Shown: one piece after another, positions 29,347 to 38,300 of the stretch | How positions within the stretch are numbered: position 1 is the first letter of the stretch | Layout: every line of letters starts with the position of its first letter | IMG/VR virus record: IMGVR_UViG_3300026557_000003 | Span: 2,527-66,526 of that record | Reading direction: 5' to 3' (one strand) | Source of the DNA: a virus | Length of the DNA: 64,000 bases | Notes under the pieces: model-generated | Seen by the model: only the letters and a program-made list of their open reading frames with translations | The model's database searches: none | What the model was told of the DNA's origin: nothing | Program-made: the position numbers and the translations under genes

Positions 29347-30033
29347 TTGATTTTGCTTATTACCATTCAGGGTGACACGATTCCAAATTGGCAGCCTCTA
29401 AATCCAACTGTGGAAATGCGGATATTTGCCAATGATGCGTTTGTAACCGACGAAGGTGTACTCATACAGCCTGGGCCATTGTTCTACCAAGCCGTGGAAT
29501 GCACTCCGAATCTAACGCTCAAAACATTAGCCTATCCGACCTTTACAATTGAGGCAACTACTAACGGCACACCAAACAACCAGACCTACAGTTTCCTATT
29601 TTATTCAGGCCCCGGAGTCAACGGCCGTCCAATCAACGGCGGTCAGTTCGTGGGATTCCAAAACCTGCCCGTTCCTTTCGCTCCGACGACTACGACACTC
29701 GCAGCGCTCGAAATTAGTGCCGGTCAGTTTTTCCCGCCTGGGTGGTCGATTGATGAAGCCCTAATCAGTGCGCTACAGGCCCAGCAATCATCGGTTACGT
29801 TTCCTGCGAATAATCCGACACCATCCGTATTCAATCGCGAGAACTTCATAACCGCAAATACGCAGACAACGAATTACACCAATTTTTTGAATCCGTATAA
29901 TGGCCAACGGATTGAGATTCTCGTTAATGATATTTTCACGTCCATTTTCGGGACGCAGTTTAATCAAGGGACGGTCGTCGGACTCCGTTTCGATCTTGGT
30001 CAATGGTACTTCACTGGATTTCAAACCAACTAA
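29347..30033 (+). CDS. Virion protein
   Basis: TTG start with GGAG RBS; beta-rich. Confidence 0.6.
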   Translation: MILLITIQGDTIPNWQPLNPTVEMRIFANDAFVTDEGVLIQPGPLFYQAVECTPNLTLKTLAYPTFTIEATTNGTPNNQTYSFLFYSGPGVNGRPINGGQFVGFQNLPVPFAPTTTTLAALEISAGQFFPPGWSIDEALISALQAQQSSVTFPANNPTPSVFNRENFITANTQTTNYTNFLNPYNGQRIEILVNDIFTSIFGTQFNQGTVVGLRFDLGQWYFTGFQTN

Positions 30034-30035
30034 TT

Positions 30036-31280
30036 ATGAAAAAACTATTACTTTTGCTCACGTTCTTCTTTGCGTTTACAGTCTTGGCCGAGGCCCAATT
30101 CTCAACCCCTATCCAGTCTGGCCCGACGCCGATAGGTATACACTGCACTCCGAATCCCCAGTTAACTCCTTTCTTCGTCCGTACCTCGGACTGGCAAACC
30201 TTTGTCTGTACCGCGCTCGACACCTGGACGCCGACAAGTGGCGGCGGGGGAGGTGGTGGAATATCGACGATTAACGGTAGCGGCATAGCGGCTCAGATCA
30301 TTCAAGGTACGGCGGTAGGCGGTCCGAATGTATCGTCAGTCGCAGGGGTAACCACGATTAGTAATCCATCGGCTGGAGCGGCGACGGCAGGTATCGTAAC
30401 GGCTGGAACGCAGATCATCGATGGCGCAAAGACGTTAACTGGCGCTACGACCGTTACAAATGCAACGGTTAATAGTTTGAATGTTGGCCCAACTGGGGCG
30501 ACCAATCCAGCGTTTTCGGTAGACTCCAGTCCAACGGTAGGATTTGGCCTGGGTGGCATTCAAGTCATAGGTGGCACAAACGGCTCAAACCCGACCATTC
30601 AGGTAGTTTCCCCACTGTCGCCGACCGGACTTAATATAAACACCCTTGGAGCATCTGGAATTACTTTTCAGGTTAACGGGGTAAACACTTTTACCGTTGG
30701 CCCTGCCGCAATTTCAACCCACGGCTCGATGACGATGTTCGCTCCGAATGCTTCGATTCTAATGCAGGGCTCGACCTCTGGAAGCTCAACGATCATCCCG
30801 CAGGCAATTGCCGGAAATTATACGTTTCAGCTTCCGAATGCTAATCCGGCCGTCGGTCAGAATGTATACGTGGCTGGATTTTCCGCTGGCATAGTAACGC
30901 TTGGCTATCAGAACTCCGGTGGGGTAACGGCATCACCTTATGATCTTGGCGCGGAATGGGACGCCATACCGACGGCCTCACAGGAGATGCTTCATTTTGT
31001 AGCCAACCGGTCATTTACGTTGGCTGTCACCGGCTCAACCTGCCACTCGAACTTTGCGGCAACCGCTCAGGCGGATTTTGTCGTTCAGTATTGTCCGTCA
31101 GGTGTGTCATGTATAAGCAAGGGTACTTTACGGTTTGCGGCTACCGGTGTCTTTTGCTCCGTAGTTAGTCCGGTATCGGTTACCGTGTCATCGGGTGATG
31201 TTGTAAAGATCATCGCACCGGCCAGCCCAGACGGGACTCTATCTAATGTAACTTTTACCTTGAAAGGAACAGTGCCTTAA
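30036..31280 (+). CDS. Tail fibre/spike-like protein with signal-peptide-like N-terminus
   Basis: MKKLLLLLTFFFAFTVLAEA|Q; Gly/Thr-rich shaft; C-terminal jelly-roll-like domain with paired Cys. Confidence 0.7.
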   Translation: MKKLLLLLTFFFAFTVLAEAQFSTPIQSGPTPIGIHCTPNPQLTPFFVRTSDWQTFVCTALDTWTPTSGGGGGGGISTINGSGIAAQIIQGTAVGGPNVSSVAGVTTISNPSAGAATAGIVTAGTQIIDGAKTLTGATTVTNATVNSLNVGPTGATNPAFSVDSSPTVGFGLGGIQVIGGTNGSNPTIQVVSPLSPTGLNINTLGASGITFQVNGVNTFTVGPAAISTHGSMTMFAPNASILMQGSTSGSSTIIPQAIAGNYTFQLPNANPAVGQNVYVAGFSAGIVTLGYQNSGGVTASPYDLGAEWDAIPTASQEMLHFVANRSFTLAVTGSTCHSNFAATAQADFVVQYCPSGVSCISKGTLRFAATGVFCSVVSPVSVTVSSGDVVKIIAPASPDGTLSNVTFTLKGTVP

Positions 31281-33385
31281 TGCGTTTTGCAAGTTTAATT
31301 CTCAAGCGAATCATATTTCTATCTATTCTCCTTTTCGTCGCATCTATTCTTGCGATGGCGCAGCCATATAATGGAACACTTCATGGGACGCCGGTTTTTG
31401 GCCCGGCCAAGTTTAGCAACGGTCTAACATCTGTCACCGATGCGAATTACCTATCGCTGCCATCTGGCGTATTCAATTTCAGTTCGTCCAGTAGTTGGGC
31501 GCTTGAGGCATGGTTAAAAACAACGGGTTCGTCCACTGGCGTAGCTATAGCGTCTGGCTCACTTGGCGATATTGCACCGGGCCAGCCGTCTTTTTGGTTC
31601 GGTACTTCGGGCGGTAATTTCGTTTTAAATATCACCGGAAGCGGGGCATTTACAGGGACTCTTGACAGTGGAATCGCCATCAACGATGGGGCTTTCCATC
31701 ATTGTGCAATATCGGTGAACGGGGGAACGACTATCAAATTGTACGTCGACGGGGTCCTGGGAAATACTTTCACCGGCGTAGTGACCACTATGGTTCACAC
31801 AAATGGATTGATTGGACGGTATACAGTGACTTCATTCGCCTGGAATAGCGCGATAGATGAAATCGCTGTCTGGGGTTCAAATAAATATCCCGTGGCCTTC
31901 ACTCCACCATCAAGTCCATACGTCGGAACAGAATCTAATCTGATCGCACTTTATCATCTTCAGGCAAATGGGGTTGATTCGTCTACGCCTCCTGGGATTT
32001 CCGCGTCACCAAATCAGATCGTTATCAGTACCACAGGAAATTCTGTGGTTTTGACCGGTATTACGACTACATGGACGCCTGGCACACCGGGGACACCTAC
32101 GTTTACATTGTCTGGTGGTACAGGTGCGTCCATTACAGCCCAGACAATAGCGAGCGGAACCAGTGCCACATTAACAATAACGGCCGGAAGTGCGCTCGGA
32201 GTTTTGACGATTACAGACCCAAGCACCGGATTTACCACAACCGTTACGGTTGTTTCAACTCCGTCAACCTCCACAATTCCAATGAGCGATCCCGGAATCA
32301 TATTTAGTCCGTACAACTGGAATGTCACGGGTGGAACTGCGAATACAGTCAATCCAGGTGCGTATTTTAGGACGATATTCAACGGTACGCAGGTATCGCT
32401 AAACTTCACGACCAGTGCGGATTCGTCACCTTATCCTCAATTATGGGCACGGGTCGATAACCAATATTGGCAACAGATCGTACTGACGGCCGGTAATCCA
32501 CAAGTCCTGATAACGTCAAGTCTTCAGAACCGGAAGCATCTCGTGGAAGTTGTGGTCAAATCAACTTCCTATAGTGGCGTTGACAGGTGGAGTGGACCGC
32601 AAACCATAGTTACGGTCACGGGAATCGTCGTTGATTATCTTACAACTCTCTCGCTACCGATTCGCAAAACCAAGAATATTCTGATATACGGAGATTCCAT
32701 TACCGAAGGATTGTTGAGCAAGAATAACACTGCCTCGGGTCAGCCAGATCAAAGCGATATCCTTGGTTGCTATTCCTATGCGCTATCGACTGCCGTGGAC
32801 GCTGAGGTTGGCATTGTGGCATTCGGGGGAACGGGGCTGCTTACCAGTTTTGCAGGCGTGCCAGCCCTGACATCTTCTTACAATCTAATTTACAACGGGG
32901 CATCGAGAGTTTTTACGCCCGCGCCTGATTTGGTGATTTACAATGAGGGCACAAATGACGGCTCAAGTATCGTCACTGCTTACGGCACGGTTGTTAGTGC
33001 GATTCTCGCTGCGGCTCCGAACGCGAAACAGTTACTTCTTATTCCATTCAACAATAGCCACGCCTCTGACATTGCGACCGTTGTAACCAATGCGGGAAAT
33101 CCAAAGGTCACATCACAGTCGACCGTGGGCTGGTTTAACTCGTCAGATTCAAGCGACGGTTTGCACCCCTACGATTATTCGCACGTCGGCCTAATTGCTC
33201 CGAAACTGTTTCCGGTTGTGATGGCGCTTCTTTATCCGTCGACCTGTTTAAACCGCGTGCGAACAATTAGGATTATCGCCGAATTGACGCTACCAAGAGG
33301 GCACGGCCGTGTTTTTCAGGGTAACCCACGAATCCCAGACTGCCAATGCTTTATCGTTGGCACGGTGGATCCGGTTACGTGGTAG
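31280..33385 (+). CDS. LamG/concanavalin-like plus SGNH (GDSL) hydrolase protein with signal-peptide-like N-terminus
   Basis: ALEAWLK...DGAFHHCA...LYVDG...IDEIAVW (LamG); GDSITEG, GGTG, EGTND, DGLHP (SGNH blocks). Confidence 0.85.
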   Translation: MRFASLILKRIIFLSILLFVASILAMAQPYNGTLHGTPVFGPAKFSNGLTSVTDANYLSLPSGVFNFSSSSSWALEAWLKTTGSSTGVAIASGSLGDIAPGQPSFWFGTSGGNFVLNITGSGAFTGTLDSGIAINDGAFHHCAISVNGGTTIKLYVDGVLGNTFTGVVTTMVHTNGLIGRYTVTSFAWNSAIDEIAVWGSNKYPVAFTPPSSPYVGTESNLIALYHLQANGVDSSTPPGISASPNQIVISTTGNSVVLTGITTTWTPGTPGTPTFTLSGGTGASITAQTIASGTSATLTITAGSALGVLTITDPSTGFTTTVTVVSTPSTSTIPMSDPGIIFSPYNWNVTGGTANTVNPGAYFRTIFNGTQVSLNFTTSADSSPYPQLWARVDNQYWQQIVLTAGNPQVLITSSLQNRKHLVEVVVKSTSYSGVDRWSGPQTIVTVTGIVVDYLTTLSLPIRKTKNILIYGDSITEGLLSKNNTASGQPDQSDILGCYSYALSTAVDAEVGIVAFGGTGLLTSFAGVPALTSSYNLIYNGASRVFTPAPDLVIYNEGTNDGSSIVTAYGTVVSAILAAAPNAKQLLLIPFNNSHASDIATVVTNAGNPKVTSQSTVGWFNSSDSSDGLHPYDYSHVGLIAPKLFPVVMALLYPSTCLNRVRTIRIIAELTLPRGHGRVFQGNPRIPDCQCFIVGTVDPVTW

Positions 33386-33419
33386 AATCTGGCGTCCGAA
33401 CTCAACCAAGGGAGTATCT

Positions 33420-33791
33420 ATGAAACGATTGATTGGGATGATAATCCTCTGTGTGATGGCGGGAATACCACTGTGTTTCTTACAGAATCATCTTGTGAAG
33501 GCGCAAGCACAGACAAAGGACATTGCGACCGATAAAAAACCGGCCGCCGTGACGCCGTTCACAATAGAGGAAAGCTATGTGTTGACCGACTCTGAGAAAA
33601 CGAAACTCGCACAGGACAGGATCATCGATGAACTGAACGACAAATTGGCAGTCGCAGTGTTCACGAGGAAGGCCGCAATTAATCAGTTCAACGAGATCGC
33701 TGCGAAATATCCTGGCGAGGTATTTACCAAATCGAAGAACGGTTTATACGAAGGCCACCGCCCGCCGACAGAAGCCGAAAAAGGTAAGTAA
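33420..33791 (+). CDS. Secreted/membrane-anchored coiled-coil protein
   Basis: AAGGGAG RBS; MKRLIGMIILCVMAG...VKA|Q. Confidence 0.65.
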   Translation: MKRLIGMIILCVMAGIPLCFLQNHLVKAQAQTKDIATDKKPAAVTPFTIEESYVLTDSEKTKLAQDRIIDELNDKLAVAVFTRKAAINQFNEIAAKYPGEVFTKSKNGLYEGHRPPTEAEKGK

Positions 33792-35344
33792 TGTCAAGTT
33801 ACGCAATGCCGCCGAGTGTCACAGCCGCGCTACAGGCAGGACTAGCCGCGCGAAAACAGCAGTCGAGCGAGAGCGACGGTGATATTCCGCCGTCTGAGAT
33901 TCAGGACTACTCAGCGCCGGAACAACCGGTTAACTTCCCTTTTAATGGACGCTCGGTCTCTGGTCCGCCACAGCAAATGCAGCCCGGTCCGATGGCTGAT
34001 CAACCTGCGTACTCAGGGCCGCCGGTCAACAGGCAGGCAATTGCTGCGCTCGCACAACCTTCAACGTCGGCGGTAGCAAGACCGATGGGCGAGAACTTGT
34101 CAGATGGCACTGACGCTCCGGCGAATGCTCCGCAACAGGCAGGGCCGCCTCCACCGAATATGGCTGTCCCGACACTCAACGACCCTAATTTGCCACACAC
34201 GTCGTTAAATACTTTAAACAATGGTACGCCAAAACCGAACCTACAGGACGACAAGTATCAGCAAATGGGCCGGGGCGCATCGATGAAAAGCATCTTCCTG
34301 AACTCGGTAATGAATCACGGGCTGGCTGGTCTTGTGCCTGGCGCGATCGGTGCAGTCGTTGGGGCGCTTGATCCAAGTATGGGGCGACAGAATGCCTACA
34401 ATATCGACAATCAACGCTGGCTCAATAGCAAGATGGCGGAAGAGAAGGTTAAACAGGAAGACCCGTACTACCAGTCACAGTTGAAAGTAGCTACGCAAGG
34501 AAGTGAGATTCCCAGTCAGGTTGAAAAGTATAATCTTGAACAGAAGATCAATTATGGATTGCGCGGTGATTATCTAAAACAGCAGGGGCAGCAACGCCTG
34601 AACGAAATTGCGGCTCGCGGTCTAAATCAAAAGACAGCGATAGAAACGCGGCAGTCCCTTAAGAATACCGGCGATCTTGATGGACTTACCGCCCTTTATA
34701 CCGGAATGATCGATCCTGACACCGGCCAAAAGTTCACAGCCGACGAAGCGGCTCAGCAGGCGAAAGCGGATATTTTGGATCAGAAGACAGCAAAGACCGA
34801 AAAACTTTGGTCGCAGCAAAATCTTGCGGATAGTCGCGCGGCACAGGTAGATGCGATAACAAAGAATCTGCCGCAGAAGTTCAAGGACCTCCACGACAGG
34901 CTTACCGGGTTTCTGCAAAATGTTCAGACGAATAAGGAACGCTTGGAACTCCAAAAAGGTAACGCTGCCGACCGTGCCGAGAATCAGCGCCAATTGCGAC
35001 AGGGGACGGCGCTCCAAAGCGAAGTGAATATCCTTGAGAACGACCACAAGGCGCAAAACGCGATTGTTAACAATCCGTATAACCAGACACCCGACAAGAA
35101 ACCTTTGGTTGACGCTGCCAATAAGCGAATTCAGGAAATCAATTCTCGCCTCGACGAGATAACCCAACAGCGACTCGAAACCGCAGGCGCTCCCGGCAAA
35201 GGACAGAAGGCGACGAAACCCGGCGGTCCCACGCTCTCTACTGGTCACAAAGCGGGTGACACCGTGAAAGTCGGTGGCAAAGATGTTAGAATCACAAAGG
35301 TTCATCCAGACGGAAAAACATTTGACTACGAAGCAATTCCATAA
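33791..35344 (+). CDS. Ejection protein (P22 gp20-like position)
   Basis: Pro/Gln-rich N-terminus, hydrophobic GLAGLVPGAIGAVVG segment, long coiled coils, KOW-like C-terminus. Confidence 0.6.
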   Translation: MSSYAMPPSVTAALQAGLAARKQQSSESDGDIPPSEIQDYSAPEQPVNFPFNGRSVSGPPQQMQPGPMADQPAYSGPPVNRQAIAALAQPSTSAVARPMGENLSDGTDAPANAPQQAGPPPPNMAVPTLNDPNLPHTSLNTLNNGTPKPNLQDDKYQQMGRGASMKSIFLNSVMNHGLAGLVPGAIGAVVGALDPSMGRQNAYNIDNQRWLNSKMAEEKVKQEDPYYQSQLKVATQGSEIPSQVEKYNLEQKINYGLRGDYLKQQGQQRLNEIAARGLNQKTAIETRQSLKNTGDLDGLTALYTGMIDPDTGQKFTADEAAQQAKADILDQKTAKTEKLWSQQNLADSRAAQVDAITKNLPQKFKDLHDRLTGFLQNVQTNKERLELQKGNAADRAENQRQLRQGTALQSEVNILENDHKAQNAIVNNPYNQTPDKKPLVDAANKRIQEINSRLDEITQQRLETAGAPGKGQKATKPGGPTLSTGHKAGDTVKVGGKDVRITKVHPDGKTFDYEAIP

Positions 35345-38300
35345 TGCTGACAGGCACGGCCGATATTTCAGAGATTGACGATCCGCAATCGGCTACCCCT
35401 CCGTCTGCACCGAAAACCCAGACTGCGACAGTTGACGACATTGATACTGAATCGGTGAAAGACCCGCGAACACTTGTCCGACGATATGCGCCTGACTATG
35501 GACTAGACCCCGACTTTGCTGAAAAGGTAGCCGATAGAGAATCGATTCACTTCAAACCAAGTGTCACGTCTGGAAAGGAATTATCACCCGCGAATGCCAT
35601 CGGGACGATGCAGTTACTCAGCGATACCGCGAAAACGGAAGGCGTCAATCCCTATAATCTTCACGACAATATCAAAGGTGGATTGTCTTACCTGAAAAAG
35701 CAGATTGACGAATTCGGCGATCAGCGATTGGCCTTGGCGGCCTACAATGCAGGGCCGGGAGTCGTGCGCGACTTCAGGGATGGTACGAATACATCGGGTA
35801 AGAATCCAAATCGTAGAGTTACTGGCGGTATCCCACCGTTCAAGGAAACACAGGATTATGTCGATGCGATCTCTCCTGTTCAAAGGGGCACAGCGACCGT
35901 TGACCAGATCGACAGTCAAACCCCGACATCGGGAACGGCAACAGTCGATCAGATAAGCACAGAAGCCCCGACGGTCAACGTAGGCGCTCCTAGTCGTCCA
36001 GTAGTGAATGCACCGACTGACAGCTTTGACATTCGCCGTAATTTGCCAAAGGATAAACCCGTCGCTGATTCGTTTGATATTCGGAAGAACCTGCCGCGTG
36101 ATAGGCAGATTACATCGACAGTTCCAACGACCGCACAGACATTCGATGCTCTCAACAATCCAGGTCCAGGACAGGAAGTATCGAATATTACTGGACAGCC
36201 AATTAAATCGGTGGCTCAGCAAGCACAGTCTGCGCGTGATTTCACAACGAATCAGATACTCCGTCATCGGCAAGCTGACATTGGCGCTCCAGTCGAAAAA
36301 CAGCGGCTGCAAATGCTGGCCGCACTATCGCCAGAAGACAAATTGAAAACCGCCAATCAAATCGCGAGCCAGCGACCATTGACGACCGAAGAACAGGCGG
36401 CCCTTGGTATTAGTCCGCATTATGCATCAACGCTTTTCAGCGCGGGTGCGCGAGAGATCGATTATGGACTGGCCGGTGCTGCGAGACTGGCACAAGCGCC
36501 GTTCGGTGGAGCGAAGCCCGGTGAATCCCCGTCTTTGCTTGAAGAATTCCAGTCTGGCGCAACGCACGCCGCAGAGCAAATGCAGCGACAGATTAACCGT
36601 GAAGGCGTTCGCGGCCTGAGCGGTGAATTGACTGAGGATGTCGGCGCGCTCGCCCCTGACATCGCCGGAACGGTCGCCTTACCGGAAAGCAAAATCGCAC
36701 AGGTTCTATACTGGGGCGCGGTGGGTGGACTTAAGACCGCTGGCCGTGGAGGAAGTGCGACCGACATAGCGACAAGCGCAGCCACAAATGCCGCATTACC
36801 GTCGATTCTACATGGCACAGCCGAATTACCGATTGTTCAGCGTGTTCTTGGCAGTGGCGGCTTGATGTCGACAATTACACTCGCGCAAGGTGGTGACCTA
36901 AACGCTATCGGTAAATCCTTCATCCTTGGTGGGTTGATGGGTATTCCGGGCGGCGAACGGCCACCGGATGATATATTGGCGAAAGCAACCAATTCACCCG
37001 AGCTTCAGGAAGCCGTAATCGAGCACGCGAAAAACCCGTCCGCTGAAACCTTTGATAACGTAGCCAAAACCGCAGAGAAAGCCGGACTTGATGCTTACGA
37101 GGCTCAAAAGTTCGCGACCAATGTTGACAGCTTGAAATCGGCGTCGTCTCCCACTCCTGAAGGTGCAAAGCCTGCTCCACTGGAGAATACCACGACGCCA
37201 ATAAGCCCAAAACCTACGGAGGAAACCAATGCCGAAAATCTACGGGGAAGCCAAAAAATATTACCAGAAGAAGGGCAAATCGGAGCAGGAAGCGAAATCA
37301 ATCGCAGCGGCGATAACGCAGAAATACGGCAGCCCAGCGGACAGGGCCGAACTGGAGAAGGACGCCCAGGCAGCACGGAAGAAGAAATAAAGCCGCCAGG
37401 GATTGGGCAGATTTTCGACTATCGCAATCAGCGATACCGCGTCGATAGTGTTGATGACGAGCATATTCGCGCAACTGACCTCTCCGGCAAAGAGGGAATG
37501 CGAGTGTTCACGCGCGAGGATTTTGATCGAGTAACGAACATACCCGGAAAGAAGATACCGACAGGGGAAGAGCAACGACAATCAGAGGTAAAATCCAATG
37601 AACAAGCTACCGAACGGCTATCAAGTGCGCCCAATTTCGACCACGAAGTTAAAACCGTATCCGATGCCCTCAACGATGACAACCATCCCTTCAGCCAGGC
37701 CCTTGACCGCATCGCCGGGGGTGACACGTCCGATGGAGCAATCAATGCCGCTCGCACAGCCGCAACGGGACTCGACGAATCAAGCGTCAACGATGCAATC
37801 GACGGAGCAACCCGCCTCGCCAATAAACAACCGACAGAAAATCCTGAACCACGTACTAGCGAGAATCCAGCAGCGCAAGAAGGCGTGGGGAAATCCAGTG
37901 GGCCAGTAGGTATCAAGAATCGCATAACTGATGCTGAACGCGAAGCACAAGGCCAGCCGCCTGTCGATACTTCCGATCAGAAACGGTCATTCGATCAGGT
38001 TGTCGAAGCTGGCAAGGCCGCCGTCGATGATGGTCGCATCAATCCCGGTCAACTCGCGGAACGGATAGCAGCTAAGCCGCGGCCGTTAACGCCGGAAGAG
38101 ACGGCATCGCTCCTTTACCACAAAACGCAGTTGCTCAACCACGAAGATTCGATAATGAAGGAATTGCGCGAAAACCGTAATAGCGACAATCCCGATATCG
38201 ATAAAGAAATCGACGCTCGCGGACGGCTACAGGCGGCTCAAGAACAACTCGACACGGCCCGGGTGGCCAGTCGCAAATCAGGATACGAACAAGGTCTGGG

